Shown one piece after another: positions 40,189 through 50,261 of a stretch of DNA of 64,000 nucleotides. The DNA is taken from sequence record PP400785, one strand, 5' to 3'. The position numbers and the translations under genes are program-made. Numbering within the stretch: the first letter of the stretch is position 1; every line of letters begins with the position of its first letter. Origin of the DNA: Escherichia phage FL08. Below the pieces are notes generated by a model, which was not told the origin of the DNA, made no database searches, and saw only the letters and a program-made list of their open reading frames with translations.

Positions 40189-40509
40189 TTATAGCGTAAT
40201 CCATTCTCGTACTGTCTGAGTTACTACACGTTCTCGAAGCTCAACCAGTTCAACGGTAGGAACTGCATAATACCAGTCAGAATGGTAAGAACCTGAGCGA
40301 GATTCATTTACAGAAACATATACGTAGTGTTTTGGGCTAAAGTAAATTACTCGGCGATATTGGCATTTGCCTTGTTGAGTCCATTCTTCGGATTCAATCT
40401 GAATAAGATAGTCGGAAAAATCGAAATCATAGTTTTCCGAAAATGCATCGTGGTCTTCGATGATTTCGCTCAGAACTGCATCAACATCTAATTTATTTTC
40501 AATAGTCAT
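40189..40509 (-). CDS. hypothetical protein (106 aa)
   Basis: ORF in operon. Confidence 0.4.
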   Translation of the reverse strand: MTIENKLDVDAVLSEIIEDHDAFSENYDFDFSDYLIQIESEEWTQQGKCQYRRVIYFSPKHYVYVSVNESRSGSYHSDWYYAVPTVELVELRERVVTQTVREWITL

Positions 40510-40519
40510 TTTTCACCAA

Positions 40520-40729
40520 TTAATTTCGCAATTTATTAAGTTCTTCATAATCAATCCAGGATTCTAATCCTGATGGCAAATCAGATTCAATTTCCCACAG
40601 AAGTTCTTCAATTTTATGAAGACGATCTAATTCTTCAGCTGGAATAGTAACCATTGATGGAGCTCTTGATACACTAATATCGTAAATCATATTTACCCCA
40701 GTTTGACCATACAATCGCCGTATTTCCAC
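40520..40729 (-). CDS. hypothetical protein (69 aa)
   Basis: small ORF. Confidence 0.35.
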   Translation of the reverse strand: MEIRRLYGQTGVNMIYDISVSRAPSMVTIPAEELDRLHKIEELLWEIESDLPSGLESWIDYEELNKLRN

Positions 40730-40908
40730 TTAGAAATAGACTTTTCACCATTAGAATAATAAACTTCGAGTTTAGCGCGGCCATTTTTAATTTGAATAAC
40801 CTTGGCTGTCATCAAAGTTCCATACCCATAGTAAACTGCAACTTCATCACCTACATATACCGCGCTTCCGCGGTAATCATGGATATAATCAGTTCCTTCG
40901 AGCATCAT
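40693..40908 (-). CDS. hypothetical protein (71 aa)
   Basis: small ORF downstream of nrdC. Confidence 0.4.
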   Translation of the reverse strand: MMLEGTDYIHDYRGSAVYVGDEVAVYYGYGTLMTAKVIQIKNGRAKLEVYYSNGEKSISKWKYGDCMVKLG

Positions 40909-41168
40909 TTAAAGTATTCCCGCAATTGGTCAAATCCACCAATATGACTTCCATCAGGAGCAAATACCTGAGGCATTGTCAAGCCGATTTGAGTATCACG
41001 ACCTAGTTTAGTCAGAAGCTCAGCGATTTTCTCATCATCAAAAACACCTTTTTCCGGCATAATGTTGATAAATTCAAACGGCTGTTTCTTCACGGTCAAA
41101 AGACGTTTTGCATTATCGCAATACACACATTTATGGATGTTGCTATCATAACCATATACTTTAAACAT
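40905..41168 (-). CDS. nrdC: thioredoxin/glutaredoxin NrdC
   Basis: 87 aa (T4 NrdC size); CVYC redox motif. Confidence 0.8.
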   Translation of the reverse strand: MFKVYGYDSNIHKCVYCDNAKRLLTVKKQPFEFINIMPEKGVFDDEKIAELLTKLGRDTQIGLTMPQVFAPDGSHIGGFDQLREYFK

Positions 41169-41169
41169 A

Positions 41170-41412
41170 TTATTCCTTAATTCCTAGTACTTGTTTAAAA
41201 GTCTCGTCGTAATCAAGACTTTGGCCCGTTTGTTCTTTATGTTTGTATATAATATCACTTACTTCTGATAGCATATTTTTATATGAACGAGTTAAAGCAG
41301 ATTTAAGCACGCTGTATCTATCAGGAAATTTACCATGTTCATTATAATAAGCTATTGCTAATTCACGGACTGCCTTTTCAGCAGTCTCCATATATTCTTT
41401 ACGCTTGGTCAT
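41170..41412 (-). CDS. hypothetical protein (about 73-80 aa)
   Basis: ORF trimmed to avoid zinc-ribbon gene upstream; alternative start at 41391. Confidence 0.35.
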
Positions 41413-41713
41413 TTTCTTCTCGGTCAAATCGGTGTTTACAATGACGACATTTATAACGAAGATTACTAGTCTGCCAATGGACCAATTGCACCTGTTCAGT
41501 TCCACATTCAGGGCAATTAGGAACGTTTTTAGAAGCACGTTCGCGGCGTTCAACCATGACCATTACAGAATCCCAATTAATAGGGCTGCTATAATCATCA
41601 CAACCATAAATCTTTCCACGCATTTCCAAATCGTCTTCTTCACCAGCCATAATAATTTTAATTAGACTAGAATTACTTGAAGCTGCAATGTCTTCTAATA
41701 GACGCTTTTTCAT
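41399..41713 (-). CDS. zinc-ribbon protein (104 aa)
   Basis: CPECG ... CRHCKH Cys4 zinc-ribbon arrangement. Confidence 0.45.
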
Positions 41714-42666
41714 TTCAATACCTCAATAGCATTACGTAAACCATTTGCTTTTGCATTAAGAGCTTTTAACAATTTGGTGTGTTCTGCAATTTGGGCTTCA
41801 ACTTCAATCAAACGAGCATTGAGATATTCACGTTCTTCGCTCAAGTTATCAACTTTTTCTACTTTAGGTTCTTTTACAACTGGCTTATACGTATTAGGGT
41901 TCTTCAGTTTAATTAGAATGCGTGAACTGTATAACATTGAACCATTATCTTCGGTTTCATCATACATTTCTACTACGTCCATGATTTTTAACATCATGCG
42001 AAGTTTATAAGACAACGAACGAATAGTTTTGTTGTGCTTATTAATTTCTTTAGCTGTCATGGTGCCGAGATTACGTGAGTAATAATAAGGAACCTGGATA
42101 TTAATTAATACTGATGAACCACCTGGCTTGTGTGTTACTTCATCAGCAATAACCCAGTCCTTAACATGAACTGTATTTGTACGGTCATCGCCTGCGGTAA
42201 ATAGTTTACGAGCATGCTTAAAAAGCATATTCACTTGGTCATTGAATTGACAAGCGAATTTATCAGCAAATTTAGTTTCAGGAATGGTAGATAACCAATC
42301 AGCCAAATGGGTCTTTTTAACATCGTTAACAATAGTAAATTCAACCAAATCGGTTATAGATGTCGCAGATTTAATGAAGCTCGGCTTCATAAAGTTTTTA
42401 ATGTTCTCATGAGCTACAGTAGAAGATAACATACGAGAACGTTTAAACCATTCAAGCAAATTGCCTAACGAATGAGAATAAGCGTTTTGAGTATCTTTAC
42501 AGATATGATTTTCCTGGCCAACATATTGAAGGAAATCACGAAGAATATTATTAATTACTGCTCTGTGTCCGATCTGATAATTGCGGTGTTTAGTAATAAG
42601 ACTGTCAAAATAATCAATATAATGTTTACGAGTCATATTAATCTCCTCAGTAGAAAGTAAGAACAT
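41710..42666 (-). CDS. hypothetical protein with C-terminal coiled coil (318 aa)
   Basis: Large ORF; last ~45 aa heptad-rich ([44 protein letters not shown]). Confidence 0.5.
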   Translation of the reverse strand: MFLLSTEEINMTRKHYIDYFDSLITKHRNYQIGHRAVINNILRDFLQYVGQENHICKDTQNAYSHSLGNLLEWFKRSRMLSSTVAHENIKNFMKPSFIKSATSITDLVEFTIVNDVKKTHLADWLSTIPETKFADKFACQFNDQVNMLFKHARKLFTAGDDRTNTVHVKDWVIADEVTHKPGGSSVLINIQVPYYYSRNLGTMTAKEINKHNKTIRSLSYKLRMMLKIMDVVEMYDETEDNGSMLYSSRILIKLKNPNTYKPVVKEPKVEKVDNLSEEREYLNARLIEVEAQIAEHTKLLKALNAKANGLRNAIEVLK

Positions 42667-42693
42667 TATACCACATCCTTGTGGCGAAGTAAA

Positions 42694-43713
42694 CTAGTTT
42701 AGTGCATTTAGTGCATTGTTCAGTTTAGAACGTTGCTTCGTGAGATTTTTGACTTTTTCTTGAGCTTTTTCTAGCATCTTTTCAGCTTCTAACACTTCAT
42801 TAGTTGCTTTAACGAGTTCATCATCTACTGCCTTAAGGGACTTCTCAATCGCATCCGCGTGCCATTTTTCAACAGGTTTAAGACTCGGATTTTCAACAGG
42901 AAGAAAATTCGCTTTATTGAATTTCCATGCATCCTTATTACCTGAACTATACATCCAATATTTAGGATCGTTTGATGAGTAATTGGATAAATTTAAGATA
43001 TCTTGCACTTCCTGCTTTTTCTCTTGCGGGATTTCGTCCTTTCTCAAAAAATCGTATTTAAATGAAACGATCATATCAAGTTCATATGTTGTTGTGTCTA
43101 ATTTAAATCGCTCAAAACGAGGTAAAATCTTAGACTGAACAGCGGCAACAACATCCATATACTTAAATGCTTCTGCCAACTGCGATTTAAGGCATTCGCA
43201 AATTGAAAGAGAATTTTTTGTATTAGGTTTAAAGCTAATTCGTGCAGTTCTATTATTTTCTTTAAATGGTCTTACTTCCATCTGAAGAGTATAACCATCA
43301 AATTTCAGATTCTTTAAGTTAATATCAGAGCCCTTTAATCGACTAGCAGTAGACAAAATTTGCTTTAATTGTTTACGAAATAGAGCAATAAATCTCCATT
43401 CAATACGATAATGATTTGGATTAAAAAATCCTGTTGATAAATCAACCTTACTCTGACCAACGCCTTGAACAAATAGAGGATTTTTATAATCAATAGTTTT
43501 ACAGAAATCGGTGAGCTGCTCACGAGCAGTCATTTGTGTAATATATCCCGCTTTACTAAAATGACGTAACCATTCACTGCTATTCATATACTTAAAGTGA
43601 ATGGAACTATTAACTCTATCAGGGTCTAAATTATTTTGGCACAAAAATGTCATAACATTACGGGTATAGCTGGCATTACGAACCATATCTTCAATTTGAG
43701 AACGAGTTTTCAT
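42694..43713 (-). CDS. hypothetical protein with C-terminal coiled coil (339 aa)
   Basis: Large ORF; coiled-coil tail (DELVKATNEVLEAEKMLEKAQEKVKNLTKQRSKLNNALNALN). Confidence 0.5.
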   Translation of the reverse strand: MKTRSQIEDMVRNASYTRNVMTFLCQNNLDPDRVNSSIHFKYMNSSEWLRHFSKAGYITQMTAREQLTDFCKTIDYKNPLFVQGVGQSKVDLSTGFFNPNHYRIEWRFIALFRKQLKQILSTASRLKGSDINLKNLKFDGYTLQMEVRPFKENNRTARISFKPNTKNSLSICECLKSQLAEAFKYMDVVAAVQSKILPRFERFKLDTTTYELDMIVSFKYDFLRKDEIPQEKKQEVQDILNLSNYSSNDPKYWMYSSGNKDAWKFNKANFLPVENPSLKPVEKWHADAIEKSLKAVDDELVKATNEVLEAEKMLEKAQEKVKNLTKQRSKLNNALNALN

Positions 43714-43721
43714 AGTGTTCC

Positions 43722-44627
43722 TTAAGATTTAAGTAAATCAACAATTTTAATTAATTTTTCACGCTCAGATTTAGCTTTACTACTCAATCCAGATAATCTG
43801 AAAATTTCATCGTCATATTGTTGAATAGAAATATTCAGCTCTTCAATTTGCTTATTAAAATAATCAATTTGTTCAGAATGTTTTTCGTTACTACGAACTG
43901 GTACAAGTTTTGTAGGCAATTTAGTTGAACTGGATTCATCCGGGCGATAAATTAAAATACAACTTGAACCAATAGGGCATTTAGCACCAGATGAATATTC
44001 TAATGTTCCGGCTTCTTTTAAAACTTCAAAAGCTAAACAGAGATGATGCCCCATATTAACATAATCTGTAGAGTGAGCTCTGATATAATAATCATCGCCG
44101 CGAATACTAAATTTAAAGCATTTAAGGTCTTCTGTATTATTGGTCTTAAAAATCATTTGTTTATCTAGACCTTTAGCTAATCGAGCGCCTAATGCTAATA
44201 ATCGTCGTTGATTTTCCCACAAATCCGCAATCATTTGATCGAATGATAATTTCGGCATTAGTCGACCATAAAGGTCATATCCTTTATTATAATTGCGAAG
44301 GATTTCACTCGCATTAATACGAGACAACGCTCCAATTTTATTAAGGGCTTTCATGATGCGATCAGATAAACTCATTCCAGACCCGTTTGTTCGCTGTAAA
44401 TGTTTTTCTAATCCAAATCCAATATCAACTTTAAATTTATCTAAAATTTCAGCATGAACATCTCTGTCAATAACACTCAAATCCAAAGTTGTGTTAAATC
44501 TATGAAAAAACTTATCTGGCTCTCCACGACGAAATACAGTCCATTCATTCATCATTTTTTTATTAACTAAAGATTTAATTACTGCATTGACATTATTAAT
44601 TACTACTGACATATTTTTCTCACTCAA
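43722..44627 (-). CDS. hypothetical protein with C-terminal coiled coil (301 aa)
   Basis: Large ORF; coiled-coil tail (IDYFNKQIEELNISIQQYDDEIFRL). Confidence 0.5.
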   Translation of the reverse strand: MSEKNMSVVINNVNAVIKSLVNKKMMNEWTVFRRGEPDKFFHRFNTTLDLSVIDRDVHAEILDKFKVDIGFGLEKHLQRTNGSGMSLSDRIMKALNKIGALSRINASEILRNYNKGYDLYGRLMPKLSFDQMIADLWENQRRLLALGARLAKGLDKQMIFKTNNTEDLKCFKFSIRGDDYYIRAHSTDYVNMGHHLCLAFEVLKEAGTLEYSSGAKCPIGSSCILIYRPDESSSTKLPTKLVPVRSNEKHSEQIDYFNKQIEELNISIQQYDDEIFRLSGLSSKAKSEREKLIKIVDLLKS

Positions 44628-45028
44628 TTTTCAATTTTACTAAATACACAGAATATGATGGAAAAGACTATATAAGCACCGCATACAGATTGAACTAATA
44701 CCATTCCAAAGAACCAAACAATATTATCAAACAATGTCTGTTTTACGTCGAAAGGACGTAAACTTACAGTAATATTATCACCTTTTTCTATTGACGAATA
44801 CATCTCTGGTGAAATATATTCACTAAATCTATAACCGTCTTTGAGTTCATATACGGCAATAAACGATAAACTAGACCCCTTTCCTTGAGTTCCTGTAAAG
44901 GTATTAACTACAGTAACATCATAATCTTTATAATGCATATAATCATTAATTGCGTAATAACCATATGCAATTACTATACATAAACAACATATCAATAAAT
45001 TCAATCTTTTAATTATCAACTGTTTCAT
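44624..45028 (-). CDS. membrane protein (134 aa, TM at both ends)
   Basis: N- and C-terminal hydrophobic helices. Confidence 0.45.
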   Translation of the reverse strand: MKQLIIKRLNLLICCLCIVIAYGYYAINDYMHYKDYDVTVVNTFTGTQGKGSSLSFIAVYELKDGYRFSEYISPEMYSSIEKGDNITVSLRPFDVKQTLFDNIVWFFGMVLVQSVCGAYIVFSIIFCVFSKIEN

Positions 45029-45083
45029 AATAATCTCAATTAAAAGGGCTTAGAACCATTATACCATCCTTGGTATAAAGCGG

Positions 45084-45611
45084 TTATGCGAGTACCGTCT
45101 TTAACCGTTCTTCAAACTTCCGAAGAGTATTCTGGCGTTCAGCTCTTTGCTTTTTGTAAGTTTCAATACGCTCTGAAATGAGAGTGTATCGTTCATTTAC
45201 TGATTCTTTCATAAAATCAGGAATTTCACGAGAAGCTTTAATCTCATCAAATTTATCAATAACAGCTTGCTCTTCAGCAATTAAGTTATCATACATCAAA
45301 ATATCTTTCTTGATGAACTCAATATCTTCTTGAGTTACACGAGATAATTTAGATGCTTTATCCTTTTTGTACTGTTCGTTAGTATCACGAGACCAGTGTA
45401 ATGTACGATTTTTATTCGTATTTTTGTAAATTTCTACAATACCAATCTCATCGATAATAACGATCCAATTCCAACGAGATTTGTAAATTTGTCCTCCATC
45501 AACCGTGATTTCACCTCCAATTGAGATGTCATTAAAGAACTTGCTTTGAGCTTCAGATTTAAATTTACCATCATTGTAGTTTACCAAGTTGAAAATATCT
45601 TTAGCATTCAT
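45084..45611 (-). CDS. hypothetical protein with C-terminal coiled coil (176 aa)
   Basis: Start trimmed to ATG after GGAGG; track start lies inside promoter. Confidence 0.45.
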   Translation of the reverse strand: MNAKDIFNLVNYNDGKFKSEAQSKFFNDISIGGEITVDGGQIYKSRWNWIVIIDEIGIVEIYKNTNKNRTLHWSRDTNEQYKKDKASKLSRVTQEDIEFIKKDILMYDNLIAEEQAVIDKFDEIKASREIPDFMKESVNERYTLISERIETYKKQRAERQNTLRKFEERLKTVLA

Positions 45612-45617
45612 TTTCTG

Positions 45618-45675
45618 TTCCTCCGTAGTTGATAGTTGTATAGTACCACAGAGGAACGGTCTTGTAAACAACTAA
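45618..45675 (-). promoter_or_regulatory. early promoter cassette
   Basis: tagttgatagttgtatagtaccac ... cttgtaaaca core shared with other cassettes. Confidence 0.5.
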
Positions 45676-45986
45676 AAGAAACTTCTTTCACAATTTTTTC
45701 CACTGAACCACGCGCTCACTGCTTTCTTAGTCTCAGGAGCAGTGTTATCCATAAACCATTCAAAGGCAGCCTTTTTATGATTCTGGAGGGCTTCTCGGGC
45801 TTTAATCTGCTCACGGTCTATTAACACTAACATATGAGCCTTTCTTGTCACCATGGGCTTCTTATGATTTTTTGAATACTCCCAGTCATTTGTCCATCGC
45901 ATTGTCGTTGCGAATTGAAATACAGCTTCTTTAATTTTAGTTTCGTAAATTTCACGAGCCTTTGAGTATAACATCATTACCTCCAT
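45672..45986 (-). CDS. hypothetical protein (104 aa)
   Basis: ORF in operon. Confidence 0.4.
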   Translation of the reverse strand: MEVMMLYSKAREIYETKIKEAVFQFATTMRWTNDWEYSKNHKKPMVTRKAHMLVLIDREQIKAREALQNHKKAAFEWFMDNTAPETKKAVSAWFSGKNCERSFF

Positions 45987-46057
45987 TTACCAGTTTAATT
46001 CTAGTCATCTTTTTGATGGCAGTCCATATAATCTATTTCTGAACTGCCTTTTTTGTC

Positions 46058-46777
46058 TTAGGATTCTTCTAAATGTCTTTTCTGAAAAGTTGATACCATA
46101 CTACGATACGGTTCATTTGGATATCCGTGTTTTATAGCTTCCTTTGTAAATTTTCTCCATCCATATTTAGTTTCTTTCCAAAGCTCGAATAATTCATCTT
46201 CATACTGCCATATAGTTAAATGAGAACGCTTTGCAGCTTTAATTCCATTAATATGCTTTTCTTTTACTGCAGGATTGCTTAGTTTCTTTTTAATAATATT
46301 ACTAACTTTTCTAACAAAAACTGGGTCCTTATATCGTTGCGAAGTTTTTATTGAAGTGTTTAATTTAGCTTCCGGCGTGGATGTAACCTCTTTCATCTTT
46401 TTCTTCATATGCTGTATATGATTAGGATTTTTCCATAAATTTATAGAATGCTTTTTGCATTTTATCCTAGTTTCATCTGCAACCTTTCCTCCTTCACCCC
46501 CGTATGACAGGTTAACACAGTTTTTTCCATATTTCAATTTACCTGCCATGATATATAATATTTCAGCTTGTACCATTTTATCATAATTATCAAAAACTTC
46601 TAAAACCGTTTTTGATAATATGTGGTCATTTGACACTTTTACACGTTCTATATAATTTCCACTACCAACATACGAATCATTGATGTTATTAGTTATATGT
46701 CGACCATAATAGTATTTCTTAATACCTGTCTTTAAATTTAATATTTCAGTTTTATAGATAGTAAAATATTTTTTCAT
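46058..46777 (-). CDS. GIY-YIG homing endonuclease (Seg-like)
   Basis: N-terminal IYKTEILNLKTGIKKYYYGRH GIY-YIG motif; basic C-terminal DNA-binding region. Confidence 0.65.
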   Translation of the reverse strand: MKKYFTIYKTEILNLKTGIKKYYYGRHITNNINDSYVGSGNYIERVKVSNDHILSKTVLEVFDNYDKMVQAEILYIMAGKLKYGKNCVNLSYGGEGGKVADETRIKCKKHSINLWKNPNHIQHMKKKMKEVTSTPEAKLNTSIKTSQRYKDPVFVRKVSNIIKKKLSNPAVKEKHINGIKAAKRSHLTIWQYEDELFELWKETKYGWRKFTKEAIKHGYPNEPYRSMVSTFQKRHLEES

Positions 46778-47742
46778 TTTAATAATACCGTTTCAGCAAT
46801 TTCTTCCCAACCGTTTTTGTCGGTCATAATAAAGTCAGCAAGATAAAGAGCAGTACGCAGTGAAACATTGCGTAAACGATTAACATTAACTTTCATCCAT
46901 GATAATGCTTTATAAGTTTCTTCATCAGAAAGACCGCGCTTTTGCATCATGTCAGTTGAAAGAATAACATCTTCAACCCTGACCATAATTTCTTCATTAG
47001 TGTGAACACCCAAATCCAAATAAACCGAGCGGGACACTAATGCTTGTAAATGTGGAGCAAGTTTAGTACCACGGTCTAATTCGCGGTCAATGTCAACGTT
47101 TGTGATAAAAACAATCGTTCCTTTAAATTCAAACTCACGCTCAATGCCTTTTTCTTCTAAGTAAGAAGATGCAGTGCTCCAGCAGACTTTACGGGTCTCT
47201 CCAGTGTCCAGAGCGGCTTTTAGAAGATTAAGAATGTCCATATCAGAGAAAACATCCACATCATCAATCAAAAGGACAGAATTCTCTTCACGATTATTCC
47301 AAAGCTGCTCATAAAGACCAATACCAGAGATTTTACCATTAATGCTTTTATATTCAATGTATCCAATATCATTTGCTTTATTTAAAGCTTTATCTAAAGA
47401 ATACGTTTTACCAATACCTGCTGCTCCCGAGATAATTAATGAACGAATGTTTCCGTTAATAATACCATTCGTCATCATTCCCATAACATTAAATCTTTTA
47501 TTAATGCGGGTTTTCATATCTTCATACGATTCTTTAACTTCTTCAACTTTTACACCATCATATGAAATGTCTGATTTGTAAACCCAAACACCGCGACGCT
47601 TACCGTCAATTTCAACAAAAACTTTACCATCTCCTTGTGCATCTACCGGAGCATTATCAGGAAACCACTCACCTAAGAGTTCAAAAGTTCCAGAGATTTC
47701 TTTACCAAAGTAGATACCCTTATTGATAGTTACAGTTTTCAT
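46774..47742 (-). CDS. P-loop NTPase (about 323 aa)
   Basis: Walker A GAAGIGKT; Walker B-like LLIDDVD; start trimmed to MKTVTI ATG after GGAG. Confidence 0.55.
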   Translation of the reverse strand: MKTVTINKGIYFGKEISGTFELLGEWFPDNAPVDAQGDGKVFVEIDGKRRGVWVYKSDISYDGVKVEEVKESYEDMKTRINKRFNVMGMMTNGIINGNIRSLIISGAAGIGKTYSLDKALNKANDIGYIEYKSINGKISGIGLYEQLWNNREENSVLLIDDVDVFSDMDILNLLKAALDTGETRKVCWSTASSYLEEKGIEREFEFKGTIVFITNVDIDRELDRGTKLAPHLQALVSRSVYLDLGVHTNEEIMVRVEDVILSTDMMQKRGLSDEETYKALSWMKVNVNRLRNVSLRTALYLADFIMTDKNGWEEIAETVLLK

Positions 47743-47769
47743 TTTATTCTCCAAATCCGTATCAGTTGA

Positions 47770-47830
47770 TAGTTGTATAGTACCATAAAGCTTTATGCTT
47801 GTAAACAGTTTTGTGAAAAATTTTTGAAAT
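47770..47830 (-). promoter_or_regulatory. early promoter cassette
   Basis: GTTTAC -35 and TACTATAC -10; leader and RBS identical over ~50 nt to cassette at 19584..19630. Confidence 0.6.
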
Positions 47831-47835
47831 AAAAA

Positions 47836-47853
47836 GGGAGCCCGAAGGCTCCC
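47836..47853 (-). terminator. UUCG-tetraloop terminator hairpin
   Basis: gggagcc-cgaa-ggctccc followed by U-run on minus transcript. Confidence 0.55.
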
Positions 47854-47855
47854 TA

Positions 47856-48866
47856 TCATTTATAATAACTTCGGTGGTTTTCAAGATAGACCTTCTCAAG
47901 GAAGTCATCCCAGAAACCCATGTCTACTTTTTGCTGCATACCATTCTTAGAAGCTTCAGTAGATGCTGCTTCTACTTGATCGACCACATCTTCCAAAAAC
48001 TCTTGAACTGTTTTAAATGGATGTTTACCCAACTTCACGTCGAGAATAAATGGAGCATCTTGAAGTGGATAGACTAAGTCACCAGTTTTGTAAATTTCCA
48101 ATAGTTGGAGTCCACCACGACAAGCATGACTCAGAGCTTTCCAGTCAATACCTTCGTTGGCTTCGGCCTTACGAGCGCGTTCACCGTATTCAGCATCTAA
48201 TTTGTTCAGTGACTGCTTAAGCTCAATAAGAGAAAGCGTTGTCTGATATTTACGACCCAACACAGTGTAAAACGTCTGTGGGCCTGTTTTCTCATGATTA
48301 TGAAACACCCATTCACAAAATTCGTTTTCTGGAAGACGATGCTTAATATCTTCAACTTTAGTGCGACGTTGCTTAATAGAACCATCTTCTTGGTAATCAA
48401 CCCATTGCTCAGGGATTTGATTAACTACTTTCAATACATCACGTAATGCAGCCAAACGAGAACCCTTGACACCGTATTTAGAAGCTTGCTTGCGGACATA
48501 TCCTAAATATGATTTCATGTTAGTCGTATAAAAACGAGAACGGTTGTCTTGAATAAACTTCCACACATCAGGCAAATCAGATTTAACCACTAGCTCAGGT
48601 GGAGTGTGAAGCATATCTAATGCTACAGTTTCACCATCTGCTGCTAATTTAAAGAAATATTTAAGACTGTATAGTTCATGGTCAATATCATCTTTAGTGT
48701 TTTTAGATGATGTGTTGTTAGTGTTTTTACTCATGTGCTCTTTGACATTTCCGATAAGAATATCGCGAGCAGGAGGAACAAAAATTTCTTTAAAATCTAC
48801 ATCAGATTCTGGGGTAGAAGTTCCATAAAGATGACTACCAAAATAAGACTTAACTACAGTTTTCAT
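47856..48866 (-). CDS. Pol-beta-superfamily nucleotidyltransferase-like protein
   Basis: N-terminal G-S-x10-D-x-D signature (GSHLYGTSTPESDVD); start taken at MKTVVK (track ORF extends to 48902). Confidence 0.5.
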   Translation of the reverse strand: MKTVVKSYFGSHLYGTSTPESDVDFKEIFVPPARDILIGNVKEHMSKNTNNTSSKNTKDDIDHELYSLKYFFKLAADGETVALDMLHTPPELVVKSDLPDVWKFIQDNRSRFYTTNMKSYLGYVRKQASKYGVKGSRLAALRDVLKVVNQIPEQWVDYQEDGSIKQRRTKVEDIKHRLPENEFCEWVFHNHEKTGPQTFYTVLGRKYQTTLSLIELKQSLNKLDAEYGERARKAEANEGIDWKALSHACRGGLQLLEIYKTGDLVYPLQDAPFILDVKLGKHPFKTVQEFLEDVVDQVEAASTEASKNGMQQKVDMGFWDDFLEKVYLENHRSYYK

Positions 48867-49629
48867 TATTAGACCTTTCATAATCTTCATTAAATTGTAC
48901 AATCAATCGATGATAATTAGATTTTGGATATCCTAATTTACTTATATAAGTTCCGAATGACCCACGTTTAGGTCTATTTAATTTAATCCATAACTTATAA
49001 AGTAAGTCATAGTCTTGCCAATGTTTACCAGTTCTTTGTCTAATTTTAGATGAATTTGATTGTTTCTTTTTAGTTTCAAAATTATTCAAAGATTTTTTGA
49101 CTGCAGCAGAGTGTTTTTCTTTAACTCCCGGTCGTTTAAAAGCAGCTTTCACCCCTTTAGATATTTTTTCTTTAACTTCCGGTTTGTTTTGTGCTTCTAA
49201 CTGGGATTCTGAAATTTTAGCCCTTATTTCAGGAAGACTTAATGTTATCGAACGTTTTTCTCTGTATTCATTAGACTTCCACATTTCTTTCATTGTATTA
49301 GAATGTATTTTTGAAAATTTTTCTCTAACTAACTGATATCCTCTTGAAGTTAATTTGAGATTTCTTCCTAAAGAATCTTCTCCAAAATTATAAAATGACC
49401 ACCATGCATAAATTAATCCAGGCGAATTATAATGAATTTTAGCTAAAAGCCAATGGGCTATAAAATGCTCTCTAGCTGTTAATAAAACTAGATTATCAGA
49501 ATCATCATTACCACCAATACAAGATGGAATAATATGATGCTTTTCCGTATAAAAATTTAATTTAGATTTATCTAATTTTCTGAGTTTTCCTTTCTTAATT
49601 AAATTATTATATACTTTAGTATAATTCAT
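48850..49629 (-). CDS. HNH homing endonuclease (Mob-like; mobD position)
   Basis: N-terminal EKHHIIPSCIGGNDD...NLV.LTAREHFIAH HNH motif; Lys-rich C-terminal repeats. Confidence 0.8.
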   Translation of the reverse strand: MNYTKVYNNLIKKGKLRKLDKSKLNFYTEKHHIIPSCIGGNDDSDNLVLLTAREHFIAHWLLAKIHYNSPGLIYAWWSFYNFGEDSLGRNLKLTSRGYQLVREKFSKIHSNTMKEMWKSNEYREKRSITLSLPEIRAKISESQLEAQNKPEVKEKISKGVKAAFKRPGVKEKHSAAVKKSLNNFETKKKQSNSSKIRQRTGKHWQDYDLLYKLWIKLNRPKRGSFGTYISKLGYPKSNYHRLIVQFNEDYERSNNENCS

Positions 49630-49703
49630 TGGTTCTTCGTCTCATTTAATTTTGCTTTGCATTTATAACACATGTCTGTTCCACTTGAAATAAACATATT
49701 TCC

Positions 49704-50261
49704 TCACTTTGAAATCATAGTTGGAATGACAGAATCAAGATAAGTCTTTAGCGCAATAGCTTCGTCTTTGGTAAATGTGACAATATGTGATCGAAAATCG
49801 TCAATTTGGCGAATAGATACTACATCTCCCTCTTCATAACATTTTGATACATTTAAAAGAGTTTCATCATTCTGATTGCAAGCGTTAGTAATAATAGCAT
49901 TGCAATTTTTGAGCCATTTTAAACTATGTTTTCTTTCATTAGAATAATAAAAATATTTAATCTTAGCTATAAAACTATCCCAATGGATAACTGATAAACG
50001 CATTGACTCACTTTTAATATTAAATCCTGGGCATGAAGAATAAAAATGAATTTTGTGCTCATCATTGATGCTTACAATTTTATCAGTATAAGGATATTCA
50101 ATTTGGGTTAAATGAATAATTTCACTAGATGTAAAATACAGCATATCGTCTTTTTGCGTCAAACGATACATGTTATTTACTTTTTCTATAGCAAATTCAC
50201 CAAAAAGCGGACTAACTTCTAATACTAATCGTTTCATATTGATTCTCTTCGACTCGCTCAC
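49704..50261 (-). CDS. hypothetical protein (185 aa)
   Basis: ORF in operon. Confidence 0.45.
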   Translation of the reverse strand: MSESKRINMKRLVLEVSPLFGEFAIEKVNNMYRLTQKDDMLYFTSSEIIHLTQIEYPYTDKIVSINDEHKIHFYSSCPGFNIKSESMRLSVIHWDSFIAKIKYFYYSNERKHSLKWLKNCNAIITNACNQNDETLLNVSKCYEEGDVVSIRQIDDFRSHIVTFTKDEAIALKTYLDSVIPTMISK

